43,262 nt of DNA from an uncultured Blautia sp. (GCA_944380045.1 CALWGI010000001.1:1-43262), one strand, 5' to 3'. Shown: positions 17,001-26,618, counted from the first letter of the stretch. Notes: generated from the sequence alone by a model not told the origin. Program-made: numbers and translations.

Positions 17001-17250
17001 AAAAACAAGCCCCTCACACAACTGTGTGAAGGGCAATATTCATCGCGGTACCACCTTCGTTATGCGGAAATCTCCGCACATCTCATTCTCCCTTAACGCG
17101 GGCTACGGGAGAACCTGAATGAAATCTTTCTCAGCTCTCCGGCTCCAAAGCTACCTTCAGCATCTTCTTCCTCGGAATTCCTTACAGCCTGCGGGAATTC
17201 CTCTCTGGGAGGGAACAATGCCTACTCCTCTTCTTCTCCGCCTTTACCAT
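17001..17250 (-). ncRNA. T-box riboswitch leader (Val specifier)
   Basis: AAGGTGGTACCGCG T-box (17044-17057), GCTGAAG-GTA-GC specifier loop (GUA=Val, 17152-17154), terminator GCCCTTCACACA..TGTGTGAGGGGC-TTGTTTTT (17001-17034). Confidence 0.95.
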
Positions 17251-17257
17251 GAAATTC

Positions 17258-17286
17258 ACTATAAACGCAAATTTTCGGCTTGTCAA
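17258..17286 (-). promoter_or_regulatory. sigmaA promoter of the valS leader
   Basis: TTGACA-N17-TATAGT. Confidence 0.85.
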
Positions 17287-17319
17287 GGAGGATTTCATAA
17301 AGTTCATACTTTTTTCTTT

Positions 17320-20300
17320 TTATTCCACTGACTTCAGCGATTCCACCATGTCGATCTTTTTCATTTTAAAATGCATGAAGATATTTACCACTGCGGCAAA
17401 GGCTCCCGTGATCAGGGCGCAGTAGAGGAAACTCACCGGATGTATCTCTCTTCCGAACATAACCGCGTCCACCTCTACAGTAACGATCACGAACCGGTGG
17501 AGCAGAACGCCGAAACCGCACCCAAACAGGATCCCGCCTATGGTGAGCAGGACATTCTCCCTGAGCACGTATTCCGAGACCTCCAGGTCATAAAATCCCA
17601 GGACCTTCAGCGTGGCGAGCTCTCTCTGTCTCTCTGTGATATTGATATTGTTCAGATTATAGAGGACCACGAAGGCCAGCATTCCCGCTGAAACGATCAG
17701 GACAATGATCACCACGTCCAGAGTCCCCAGCATACGTTCCACCTGATCCGCCGTACTGGTGGTATAGCTGATACTGAGCGCCGCGGGATACCCCACGATC
17801 TGCTCTCCGATATCTTCCGCCTGGTCTTTGTATTCATCCTTTACCGTAAATACAATGTCCTCATATGTCGGTTTCTCTCCAAACGTCTCTTCATAGACGG
17901 CGGGAGTCATGTATATGTAATGACCCATATAGTTTTCTGTGATCACCGAGATCTTCACACTGTATTCTTCATTATCTTTCTCAAGAACAATATCGTCCCC
18001 GATCTCCAGATCCATGAGATCTGCTGTTTTCTCACTGATTGCCGCCCCTTCTTCAGGCATCTGGTATATTTCTCCTGTAATGCGGTTTCTAAGCGTCACG
18101 TCTTCCCGGAAATTTTCCATATTTTCAGGCGTGTACACATAAGCGCTGATATTGGAATCCTCAGAAGCCACAGTAACCTTGGTAAACTGTACCCCGGTAA
18201 ACCTTACGATCCTCGCGTCCGCGGCGAGGAATTCTTCCAGTTCCTCCCGTTCCGCATCTGAAGCCTCCTCATCCGCGATGATCATGGCGTCATAATGCTG
18301 CAGCTGGGAATACTGTTTTTCTACGATGCCGGAAATAGAGTCTCTGAGGCCGAACCCTACCAGCATCAGTCCCATACTGCCCGCTATTCCGAAAATTGTC
18401 ATAAACAGTCGTTTTTTGTAGCGGAACAGATTCCTGAGAGAAGACTTCCAGGTAAAACTGAGATGTTTCCACAGGATCGTGATCCTCTCCACCAGCACCC
18501 GTTTTCCCTCCTTCGGAGCAGGCGGGCGCATCAGAGCCGCCGGTGTTTCCGCCAGCGCGCGGTAGCAGGAGAACACCGTCGCTCCCACTGTACACACCAC
18601 CGCCGCCACAGAGGCGATCAGGGCGTATTTCCATTCATAATGTATCGTGATGGTATCCTGAACATTGTGATACATCATGCCGTATGCCTTGATGATAATA
18701 TACGGAAGAAGTTTCTGTCCGGTCAGGATTCCCGTGATGCTTCCGCTGACGGTGGCGAGGAAAGCATAATTCAGGTATTTGGAAGCGATATCATATTTGC
18801 TGTAGCCCAGGGCTTTTAATGTGCCGATCTGGGTCCTCTGTTCCTCCACCATTCTGGTCATGGTGGTAAGACTGATAAGCGCCGCCACCAGGAAAAAGAT
18901 TACCGGAAAAACGTCCCCGATGCTTTTGATGCGGTCCGCGTTGTCTCCGTAATCAGAGTATTCCGGAAGATCCGTCCTGTCTGTAATGATCCACTCCGGA
19001 ACTTCGATCTCCTTCAGATCCTCCCGGGCATCGGCGATCTCCTTTTCACCGTCCGCAATTTCCTCTCTGGCTTCCTTTTCTCCTTCCCGGTATTCCTCCC
19101 AGCCGTCTTCCAGCTCTTTTTCTCCGTCTTCCAGCTCTTTTTCCGCGTCGGCAAGCTTCTGCTCATTTTCCGCGATCTCCGCCTCGCCGTCGGCAATCTG
19201 CTGCTCGCTGGCGTCAATCTGGGCCTGCCCGGAGATCAGCTCCTGCTCTCCCGCCGCGATTTCCGCTTCTGCCGCGTTCAGTCTCTGCCTGTTGGCGTCG
19301 ATCTCCGCCTGGCCTGCCTGAAGTTCTGCAAGACCCGCGTTCAGCTGCGCCTCGCTGGCCGCAAGTTCCTGTTCTCCCGCCTCAAGCTGTTCTCTGGCAG
19401 GAGCCAGTTTCGCCTCCTGGGCGGCGATCTCTTCCTGCGCAGACACCAGTTTTGCTTCCTCCTGTTCCAGCGTCTGCCTTCCTGCGTCCAGTTCCGCCTG
19501 GCCTGCATTCAGCTGCGCCAAGGTATTGTCAAGTTCTGTCCGGGCCGTCTCCGCCTGGGCAATTCCGCTCTGAGCAGCCGCCAGACTGTTCTCCAGTTCC
19601 GCTTTCTGCGCCGCCGCCGCGGATGCGGCATCGTAGGCGCCCTGCGCCTGGGCAAGGACATCCGATGCGGCTGCAACTTCATTGTTCGCCGCGTTCAGCG
19701 CCTCTTCATAAGACGCCAGTTCCTCTTCCGGCAGCTCTCCTGCCTCCACCTGGGCGGCAGCTGTATCATAGGCAGCCTGCGCCTCTTCCGCGGCAGTTTC
19801 CTTCTCGTTCACCGCCGCCTGGGCTGCTGCCAGAGACGCTTCCAGCTGGGGAAGCTGCGCTTCCGCCTCCGCGGCCTGCCCGATCCCCGCTTCGATCTGC
19901 GGGATCTGCTCCTGAAGCTGCGCCACCTGCGCGTCGATCTCCGCCTGGCCCGCCTGTACCTGGGCAACCCCCGCATCGATCTCCTGCTGCTTTGCGTCCA
20001 GTTCCGCCTTACCCGCTTCGATCTGAGCGCGTCCGGCTTCCAGTTCCTCTTTCGCCGCCTGTATCTGCGCCTCTCCGGCCTCCAGTTCTTTCCGGGACTG
20101 TTCCAGCTTTGCCTTTCCTGTCTCGAACTGTTCTCTGCCGCTGTAATACTCATCCCATCCGGCAGCCAGCGTACTCTCGCCGGACTGAAGCTGTGCCCAG
20201 CCGTCGTTCACCTGCGCCCTGGAAGATTCAATCTGGCTCCAGCCGTCCGCGATCGTCTGACGGGCGTCGGCAAGCTGTGCCTTCCCGTCCTTAAGTTCCT

Positions 20301-21240
20301 GTTTCGCGTTCTCAAGTTCCTGCTTTCCGTCCTCGTACTCCTGGCGTCCGTCAGCCAGTTCCTGTTCGCCGTCTTCCAGTTCTTTCCGGGCGTCGGCAAG
20401 TTCCTTATCCGCTTCCTTCCTGCCGTCTTCCAGTTCTTTTTCCGCATCGGCGATCTCTTCTTCCGCCTCCGCCATAACCTCGTCATATCTGATCCGGCAC
20501 CGTTCCTCCTGAATACCGTCTACATTTTCCTCCAGGCGGCTGATCAGGCTGTCATAAGCGTCCGTATAACTTGTGGTCCTCTCCACACCATGGGCGCGGA
20601 TATAGATCTGCGTATATACCTCCTGGTCAAAATCCTCCGGAAGAATATAGGCAAATCCGTTGACCTCGCCGGATCCCAGCGTGGAATTGCCCCGGTTAAA
20701 CGATATATACATCGGGCACCTGCCGATCCCCGTCACTGTATATGTTTTTGTTTTCAGATAATCCTGGTCTTCCGGTTCCTCCAGAGTAAGGGTATCGCCC
20801 ACCTGATATCCCTGCCCGTCGGCAAAATTGACATCAAGAAAACACTCCCCGCTTTTTTCGGGCAGTTTTCCTTCCAGTACGGTAAGCTGATTGGTCTCCT
20901 TCGTCACAGACTCTATATGAAGAACCTTCCGGGATTCCTCATCTCCGCAGAGCACATCTGTGGAATAGGAACCTTCGGCTGTTTCCACCCCCTCTGTGTT
21001 CCGGAGGGCTTCCACATCGTCTTCTGTAAGTCCCAGAGTTCCCATAACCTTCAGATCCATCAGTTTCGTCTGCGTATAATAGGCGTCTCCGGACATTCTC
21101 ATATCCGGTGATGAGGCCTGGATGCCGGAAAAAAAAGCCACACCCAGCGCCACGATACAGAAAATGGAAATAAAGCGCGCCTTGTTTTTCTTTATTTCCA
21201 TCCAGAAATCTTTATGCAGCGCTTTTTTCACTGGTTTCAC
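17320..21240 (-). CDS. FtsX/MacB-type ABC permease with a very long extracytoplasmic coiled-coil insertion
   Basis: Two permease halves (FPVIFFLVAALISLTTMTRMVEEQRTQIGTLKALGY; NITERQRELATLKVLGF) with about 500 aa of A/E/Q heptads in the first extracellular loop; GTG start abuts the ATPase stop. Confidence 0.9.
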   Translation of the reverse strand: MKPVKKALHKDFWMEIKKNKARFISIFCIVALGVAFFSGIQASSPDMRMSGDAYYTQTKLMDLKVMGTLGLTEDDVEALRNTEGVETAEGSYSTDVLCGDEESRKVLHIESVTKETNQLTVLEGKLPEKSGECFLDVNFADGQGYQVGDTLTLEEPEDQDYLKTKTYTVTGIGRCPMYISFNRGNSTLGSGEVNGFAYILPEDFDQEVYTQIYIRAHGVERTTSYTDAYDSLISRLEENVDGIQEERCRIRYDEVMAEAEEEIADAEKELEDGRKEADKELADARKELEDGEQELADGRQEYEDGKQELENAKQELKDGKAQLADARQTIADGWSQIESSRAQVNDGWAQLQSGESTLAAGWDEYYSGREQFETGKAKLEQSRKELEAGEAQIQAAKEELEAGRAQIEAGKAELDAKQQEIDAGVAQVQAGQAEIDAQVAQLQEQIPQIEAGIGQAAEAEAQLPQLEASLAAAQAAVNEKETAAEEAQAAYDTAAAQVEAGELPEEELASYEEALNAANNEVAAASDVLAQAQGAYDAASAAAAQKAELENSLAAAQSGIAQAETARTELDNTLAQLNAGQAELDAGRQTLEQEEAKLVSAQEEIAAQEAKLAPAREQLEAGEQELAASEAQLNAGLAELQAGQAEIDANRQRLNAAEAEIAAGEQELISGQAQIDASEQQIADGEAEIAENEQKLADAEKELEDGEKELEDGWEEYREGEKEAREEIADGEKEIADAREDLKEIEVPEWIITDRTDLPEYSDYGDNADRIKSIGDVFPVIFFLVAALISLTTMTRMVEEQRTQIGTLKALGYSKYDIASKYLNYAFLATVSGSITGILTGQKLLPYIIIKAYGMMYHNVQDTITIHYEWKYALIASVAAVVCTVGATVFSCYRALAETPAALMRPPAPKEGKRVLVERITILWKHLSFTWKSSLRNLFRYKKRLFMTIFGIAGSMGLMLVGFGLRDSISGIVEKQYSQLQHYDAMIIADEEASDAEREELEEFLAADARIVRFTGVQFTKVTVASEDSNISAYVYTPENMENFREDVTLRNRITGEIYQMPEEGAAISEKTADLMDLEIGDDIVLEKDNEEYSVKISVITENYMGHYIYMTPAVYEETFGEKPTYEDIVFTVKDEYKDQAEDIGEQIVGYPAALSISYTTSTADQVERMLGTLDVVIIVLIVSAGMLAFVVLYNLNNINITERQRELATLKVLGFYDLEVSEYVLRENVLLTIGGILFGCGFGVLLHRFVIVTVEVDAVMFGREIHPVSFLYCALITGAFAAVVNIFMHFKMKKIDMVESLKSVE

Positions 21241-21957
21241 CTACCATTCGATCTCTTCCACCGGAGTCGGATGCGCGTTCCGGATGATGTCCGAGACCTT
21301 GCCGTTCTTGATGCGGATGACTTTATCCGCCATGGGAGTGAGCGCGGAGTTATGGGTGATGACGATCACGGTCATCCCCTTTTCCCGGCACATGTCCTGA
21401 AGCAGTTTCAGGATCGCCTTGCCGGTCTGATAATCCAGGGCGCCCGTAGGCTCGTCGCAGAGAAGAAGTTTGGGATTCTTGGCAAGGGCCCTTGCGATAG
21501 AAACCCTCTGCTGCTCCCCGCCGGAAAGCTGCGCCGGAAAATTCCCGAACCTTCCTTTCAGCCCCACTTCCGCCAGCACGGTGGCCGCGTCCAGAGGTTC
21601 CCTGCAGATCTGAAGGGCAAGCTCCACATTCTCGAGCGCCGTCAGATTGGGAACCAGATTATAAAACTGAAAAACAAAACCGATGTCCTCCCGGCGGTAG
21701 CTGGTGAGCTGCCGTCCGGAATAACCGGCAATGTTCCTGCCGTCCACATAGATTTTCCCCGAGGTGGGTTTATCCATTCCACCGAGGATATTCAGCACCG
21801 TGGTCTTGCCCGCGCCGCTGGGTCCTACGATCACGACAAATTCCCCTTTTGCGATCTCGAAGCTTATCCCGTCCACCGCCACGATCTTCACTTCTCCTGT
21901 GCCGTAGATCTTGGACACATTTTCCAGTTTTACATAGGCATCTGTCTGACTTCTCAT
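21241..21957 (-). CDS. ABC transporter ATP-binding protein (LolD/MacB-like)
   Basis: [42 protein letters not shown]. Confidence 0.95.
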   Translation of the reverse strand: MRSQTDAYVKLENVSKIYGTGEVKIVAVDGISFEIAKGEFVVIVGPSGAGKTTVLNILGGMDKPTSGKIYVDGRNIAGYSGRQLTSYRREDIGFVFQFYNLVPNLTALENVELALQICREPLDAATVLAEVGLKGRFGNFPAQLSGGEQQRVSIARALAKNPKLLLCDEPTGALDYQTGKAILKLLQDMCREKGMTVIVITHNSALTPMADKVIRIKNGKVSDIIRNAHPTPVEEIEW

Positions 21958-22055
21958 AGGCTTCTCCCGTCAATCCGCTCCTGTTTTTCTATCCTTTAAG
22001 AGACCTCGGGAAAGGATCTCCTCCTTTCACCCAGGCCTCTTTGTTTCCTGTTTCA

Positions 22056-22110
22056 AGTATAACAGTTTTATGCGTTTAATTCAATTACAGGCTGTGAAAA
22101 AACAGTGAAA
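22056..22110 (-). promoter_or_regulatory. sigmaA promoter of the ABC operon with an upstream tandem direct repeat
   Basis: TTGAAT-N17-TATACT with TGn (22056-22084); TTTCAC-N5-TTTCAC at 22094-22110. Confidence 0.6.
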
Positions 22111-22132
22111 TTTCATATATGGCATCAAATTT

Positions 22133-23455
22133 TCAAAATATTTCTGTGCAATTTGCCGAAACCTTACCCAGGATCAGTTTTTCTTTTTCCGGTCTTTCCG
22201 CGGCTATGGTAAGCGCGCTGTGGAATTTCTCTTCAGCGGCGGGGAACCGTTTTTCCTCAGACGCCAGGAACTCTGCAAGAACGTCTCCTTCTTTTACGTA
22301 GTCCCCTGTTTTTTTCTTTAATATGATGCCTGCGCCGTAATCCAGAAGGCTCTCTTTCGTCTCCCGTCCTGCGCCCAGAAGTACGGACGCCGTTCCGCAG
22401 GCCTGTGTGTCCATATGAGCAATATAACCTTCCTTCCGCGCCCTGACTTCATGTCGGAGAGGCGCAAAAGGCAGGCGGGACGTATCCCGGATACAGGAGA
22501 TGTCTCCCCCCTGCGCTTCCACCATTTCCAGGAATTTACTGAAGGCGGAACCGTCTTCCAGAGTCTTCCGGGCTGTTTCCATGCATTCGGCGAAGTTTCC
22601 CTTATCCGCAAGCTCCAGCATATTGGCCGCCAGATGGAGACAGACCTCCCTGAGATCCGAAGGCCCTCCTCCTTTCAGGACTTCCACCGCCTCCGCAACT
22701 TCCAAGGCGTTGCCGATATAATTCCCCAGCGGGATATCCATGTTTGTGATCAGCGCGGCTGTTTTTTTGCCCGCCGCGCCGCCGATGGAAACCATGGTCT
22801 TCGCCAGCTCCACCGAACCTTCCAGAGTCTTCATAAACGCTCCGCTTCCCGTCTTTACATCCAGAAGGATACAGTCGTCTCCCGCAGCCAGTTTTTTCCC
22901 CATGATAGAGACGGCGATCAGGGGGATGCTGTCCACAGTTGCCGTCACGTCGCGAAGGGCGTACATTTTCTTGTCCGCAGGCGCAAGATTCCCCGACTGG
23001 CCTACGATACTCAGCCCTGTACGGTTTACCACGTCCACGAACTCCTCCATGGTAAGAGTGGTCCGGAATCCGGGAATAGCTTCCAGTTTATCCACCGTTC
23101 CTCCGGTATGCCCCAGCCCCCGTCCGGACATTTTCGCCACTTTCAATCCGCAGGCGGCGGCTATGGGCGCCACGATCATGGAAGTCTTGTCCCCCACGCC
23201 TCCGGTGGAATGTTTATCCACCTTGATCCCCTGTATGGCGGAGAGATCCACCATGTCTCCGGAGCGCGCGACCTCCTGTGTCATAATGGATGTCTCCTTA
23301 TCCGTCATTCCCTGAAAATATACCGCCATGAGGAAAGCCGCCATCTGGTAATCCGGAATATCACCCGCCACATAGGATGAGATCAGGTAATGGATCTCTT
23401 CTTCCGTCAGTTCTTCTCCGTCTCTTTTTTTCGCGATACAGTCATAGGTACGCAT
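22133..23455 (-). CDS. pdp: Pyrimidine-nucleoside phosphorylase
   Basis: KKRDG, PDYQM.A.LMA, DKHSTGGVGDKTS, KMSGRGLGHTGGT.DKLE, LDVKTGSGAFMK. Confidence 0.95.
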   Translation of the reverse strand: MRTYDCIAKKRDGEELTEEEIHYLISSYVAGDIPDYQMAAFLMAVYFQGMTDKETSIMTQEVARSGDMVDLSAIQGIKVDKHSTGGVGDKTSMIVAPIAAACGLKVAKMSGRGLGHTGGTVDKLEAIPGFRTTLTMEEFVDVVNRTGLSIVGQSGNLAPADKKMYALRDVTATVDSIPLIAVSIMGKKLAAGDDCILLDVKTGSGAFMKTLEGSVELAKTMVSIGGAAGKKTAALITNMDIPLGNYIGNALEVAEAVEVLKGGGPSDLREVCLHLAANMLELADKGNFAECMETARKTLEDGSAFSKFLEMVEAQGGDISCIRDTSRLPFAPLRHEVRARKEGYIAHMDTQACGTASVLLGAGRETKESLLDYGAGIILKKKTGDYVKEGDVLAEFLASEEKRFPAAEEKFHSALTIAAERPEKEKLILGKVSANCTEIF

Positions 23456-23484
23456 ATCTGTTCCTCCCTTCTCTGTGTCCCGGT

Positions 23485-23925
23485 TCAGTCATTTGGATTC
23501 TGTGTCTCTTTCATACTGCTTCCTGTGAAGCTCAGGGGCAGAAGTTCCTTCAGAGAATATACCCGGCAGTCTTCTTCGTTTCTCGCCAGAATGATCAGGA
23601 ATTTTTCCGGATCGCAGAATTCCGCCATCACCTGACGGCAGATCCCGCAGGGCGCGCAGTAATCAAAAGTGTCTGAGGTCTTCGGTTTTCCCACGATCGC
23701 AATCGCCGAGAAATCTCTTTCCCCGTTGTACAGAGCGCGGAAAAAAGCCGTCCGTTCCGCGCAGTTACAGGCTCCGTAGGAAGCGTTCTCAATATTGCAT
23801 CCTCCGTATATCTTCCCGTCCGCCGTCAGGAGCGCCGCGCCCACCTCGAACCCGGAATACGGGGCGTATGCCCGCTTCTGCGCCTGAAAAGCTTCCCGGA
23901 TCAGTTCTTCTTTTGAACAATTCAT
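23485..23925 (-). CDS. cdd: Cytidine deaminase (tetrameric type)
   Basis: AYAPYS.F.VGAAL, GCNIENASYG..NCAERTA, PCGICRQVMAEF, ELLP.SF; start ATG 23925 (or GTG 23934). Confidence 0.95.
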   Translation of the reverse strand: MNCSKEELIREAFQAQKRAYAPYSGFEVGAALLTADGKIYGGCNIENASYGACNCAERTAFFRALYNGERDFSAIAIVGKPKTSDTFDYCAPCGICRQVMAEFCDPEKFLIILARNEEDCRVYSLKELLPLSFTGSSMKETQNPND

Positions 23926-23953
23926 ATTTTTCACCTGCCCTCTCTTTTCTTTC

Positions 23954-24014
23954 AGTGTAACACAAAAAAGCACTGGCCGGAACTGCCTGACGCGAAGTTC
24001 TTTCCAGTGCTTTT
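23954..24014 (-). terminator. Terminator after the SASP gene, overlapping a probable cdd-pdp promoter
   Basis: aaaagcactgg / ccagtgctttt stem with T tract; TTCCGG-N17-TACACT (TGn) at 23954-23982. Confidence 0.65.
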
Positions 24015-24017
24015 CTT

Positions 24018-24209
24018 TTATTCGGTTTTGTTCCTTCGCCGGGTCATCAGGCCGCCGATCCGCCCTGTCTCCTTTGCGGAAAGGCTTTTCCAGCCGTCCT
24101 TCAGGACCCGGTCCAGGATCCCCAGTTCTCCCGCAATCTCATATTTCAGTCTTTCCGCGCCGTCCAGTTCTCCTCTGAGATATGCTTCGATTTCTTTGTC
24201 CTTGTTCAA
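24018..24209 (-). CDS. Small acid-soluble spore protein, alpha/beta-type family
   Basis: LKYEIA.ELG...GW..LSAKETGRIGG.M; likely TTG start at 24209 behind AAAGGAG. Confidence 0.85.
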   Translation of the reverse strand: MNKDKEIEAYLRGELDGAERLKYEIAGELGILDRVLKDGWKSLSAKETGRIGGLMTRRRNKTE

Positions 24210-24236
24210 TGCCCTCACTCCTTTACTGTTTACATG

Positions 24237-24265
24237 GAGTATTGACATTATCTGTAAAAATATAC
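24237..24265 (-). promoter_or_regulatory. sigmaG/F-type promoter for the SASP gene
   Basis: GTATA-N17-AATACTC on the minus strand. Confidence 0.5.
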
Positions 24266-24272
24266 GCTCCCG

Positions 24273-24464
24273 TCAGCCTCTGGGGATTACGATGGCCGCG
24301 ATAATGTAGGCGAGGATTCCCGAACCTCCGAAAAATGTAAGCAGGATCCACGCCAGTCGCACCAGCGTGGGATCGATGTCAAAGTACTCCGCGATCCCTC
24401 CGCACACTCCGCAGAGCATACAGTTTACCGAGGATTTATATAATCTTTTATTTTTCATATTCAT
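24273..24464 (-). CDS. pspC: PspC-domain protein
   Basis: KRLYKS....MLCGVCGGIAEYFDIDPTLVRL, GILAYIIAAIVIP. Confidence 0.92.
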   Translation of the reverse strand: MNMKNKRLYKSSVNCMLCGVCGGIAEYFDIDPTLVRLAWILLTFFGGSGILAYIIAAIVIPRG

Positions 24465-24499
24465 TACGTCCTTTCCTGTTTTACTGACCTTTCGCTTTC

Positions 24500-25432
24500 C
24501 TATTCTTCAAAACGGACATCCACGGTGCCAAGCCCGCATTCCACCTGCATACTGCGGGACGCGTCCGGATTTCCCGTCTCCCGCTCCGCGCCAAGTCCGC
24601 TGAAATCAGAACCTCCCACTTTCACCGATCCGGCTCCGCAGGATATACGATATCTGTAATCTGTCTCGCTCCCCTTTACTTCCAGCTTCAGTGTTCCCAG
24701 GCCGCATTCCGCGTCGATCTCCTCTGCGTCCAGACCTTTCAGAGACATGGTTCCCGTTCCCACCTCTGCCTCAGCCCGTCCGGCAGTGACGGAAGCTCTG
24801 TTTGTGAAGGTCCCCGCTCCCACTGTCGCGATAAAATCATCTGCCCTGAGATCGTCCTCAAGGGTTATGGTTCCGGCGTCCACGTCTATGCTGACGCTGT
24901 CAAATGAGAGTTCTCCTGGGCAGGATACCACGATCCTGTTCCCTTCCCCCTGTTTCCAGGTTTTTCGCCCTGAGTCTTCCTCGATCTTCAGTTCCCCGTC
25001 TTCTGTGGAAACCTTCACATCATCTTTATAATCGCCGGAAATCTCCACACGGACGCGGCTGCCGTCATATTCCCTGACGATCAGCTCCGCGCCGGCAAGA
25101 TCGATGTCCAGTTTTTCCGGAACAGCTTCTGTATAAACGTCAGCGTCCTCGTCTGTTTCCTGTTCATCATCACCAGATACGGAAGCTTCCCCGGCAGAAC
25201 TGTCCAATCCTCCGGAAGCGCTTATTTCATACTCCACTTCTCCGGTCTCGCCTTCATCCCAGTCAAAATCCACGATCCAGTCGAGAACTTTCAACTTCGG
25301 TCCCTTATAATATCGCTGGATATCTATTTCCGAAAGGTTCGCGCCCATAGCCACGCCGCCTATGGAAAGCCCGATCCCCGCCACGCCCAGCACGCCAGCC
25401 GTGATCAGGACAACTTTGGAAAATTTTCTCAT
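24500..25432 (-). CDS. DUF4097-type beta-strand-repeat (LiaG/YvlB-like) membrane-anchored protein
   Basis: N-terminal TM; repeated (V/C)GxG beta motifs (DAGTI, VGAGT, VGTGT, CGLGT, CGAGS). Confidence 0.8.
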   Translation of the reverse strand: MRKFSKVVLITAGVLGVAGIGLSIGGVAMGANLSEIDIQRYYKGPKLKVLDWIVDFDWDEGETGEVEYEISASGGLDSSAGEASVSGDDEQETDEDADVYTEAVPEKLDIDLAGAELIVREYDGSRVRVEISGDYKDDVKVSTEDGELKIEEDSGRKTWKQGEGNRIVVSCPGELSFDSVSIDVDAGTITLEDDLRADDFIATVGAGTFTNRASVTAGRAEAEVGTGTMSLKGLDAEEIDAECGLGTLKLEVKGSETDYRYRISCGAGSVKVGGSDFSGLGAERETGNPDASRSMQVECGLGTVDVRFEE

Positions 25433-26121
25433 ACGCTCTCACGCTCCTTTCTCCCTCTGTTGAGAAGTCTGTGGCAAAAATCAGTAAATCCCCTGAGCGC
25501 CCACGGGATTGCCCGGCTGATAAACCACACCAGAAACACAAGCCCTACAAGGCCCGCCGCCGCCATGATACAGCCGATCCCCGCAGACAGGATCCCCATA
25601 GCCGGAACGGCCGCGCAGACGCCGATCCCGGCGATCAGTACCGTGATCCCGGCGACTACCAGAGCAACCACCACAGCGCCTCCCGCGAAAACGATAATAA
25701 ACGGCAGCAGAACGATCATCACAAGGATTCCCAGGGCAGCCCCCGCGCCTCCGATCAGAAACGGCGATAAAAAGATCAGAAGGATAACGATCAGGGTGAT
25801 CGTACCCGCTCCCCGCTTCGGACGGGGATGATATCCCTCTCTCTTCTCCGGCGTCTCTTCCTTCTCCCGGAATCCTTCCTCCTCATATCCGTTCTCCGCA
25901 TACTCACCGTGGCGGTACCCGTTCTCCTGAAGATCCGCTTTAATGATGGCCGCCACTTTTCCCGGGCTTCCCAACTCCTTGATCACTTCGGCCTCCCTGT
26001 CCTCTCCGGCCTCATCAAAGTAGCTCTCATAATATTCCAGCGCTTCCCGCCTTTCCTCCCCGGGAATATCAGAAAGAAGGGCTTCCAGCTGTCTCATAAA
26101 CTGCTTTCTGTCCATAATCAA
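25429..26121 (-). CDS. DUF1700 (HAAS)-domain membrane protein
   Basis: F..QLE.LL.DIP.EER.EALEYYE.YF.EAG, E.IKELGSP..VA, followed by several TMs. Confidence 0.88.
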   Translation of the reverse strand: MIMDRKQFMRQLEALLSDIPGEERREALEYYESYFDEAGEDREAEVIKELGSPGKVAAIIKADLQENGYRHGEYAENGYEEEGFREKEETPEKREGYHPRPKRGAGTITLIVILLIFLSPFLIGGAGAALGILVMIVLLPFIIVFAGGAVVVALVVAGITVLIAGIGVCAAVPAMGILSAGIGCIMAAAGLVGLVFLVWFISRAIPWALRGFTDFCHRLLNRGRKERESV

Positions 26122-26435
26122 ACTCCTCCCTCAAACATCCTGTTTATCTTGGATGAATAATTCTTCCACTCGATCTTATATAAATTCAGCTGCGCGGTCC
26201 CCTTCTCCGTCAGTCTGTAATACCGCCGGTTCCGGCCCGCGTAGGCCATATCATAAGTCTCCAGACATTCATCCTTCTTCAGTCTCCGGAGCACGGGATA
26301 CAGAGTGGATTCCGATACGTCCAGAACACTCCGCACATCCTGGGTGATCTTATATCCGTAGGTACCCTCTTTCTCCTTGGAGACAACCGCCAGAACTATC
26401 GCGTCCAGCAGAGCCGCTCCCGTATTGAATACCAT
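26118..26435 (-). CDS. PadR-family transcriptional regulator
   Basis: YGYKI, SESTLYPVLRRL, GRNRRYYRLTEKG, W. Confidence 0.93.
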   Translation of the reverse strand: MVFNTGAALLDAIVLAVVSKEKEGTYGYKITQDVRSVLDVSESTLYPVLRRLKKDECLETYDMAYAGRNRRYYRLTEKGTAQLNLYKIEWKNYSSKINRMFEGGV

Positions 26436-26479
26436 TCTCTCACTCCTTTGTTTTTATATAATATTGTATCTTTGATAAT

Positions 26480-26543
26480 ACTATATATTATATAATATAG
26501 TTTTGTCAATAGTATTCCATATTTTCTCACGATATTTTATACT
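26480..26543. promoter_or_regulatory. Back-to-back sigmaA promoters (padR operon / rsmF) with an AT-rich palindrome
   Basis: Minus TTGACA-N18-TATAGT (26480-26509); plus TTCCAT-N17-TATACT (26515-26543); perfect palindrome TATATTATATAATATA at 26484-26499. Confidence 0.55.
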
Positions 26544-26618
26544 CAGAGACATAAATTTATCGCTGACAGCCGGCAGAAAGAGAGATTCCCCTTCTGCCGG
26601 GTCCTGAAGGAGACGACT

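Noticed and set aside
12725-17029. Very long antisense ORFs (498 and 935 aa) opposite LTA synthase and valS
   Set aside because: Codon-aligned shadows of real genes, explained by the rarity of TTA/CTA/TCA codons; no RBS or recognisable motifs. Not evidence for sense/antisense synthetase coding.
26570-26600. Hairpin ccggcagaa/ttctgccgg before rsmF as an attenuator
   Set aside because: No U tract and it does not cover the RBS; probably only a stabilising stem.
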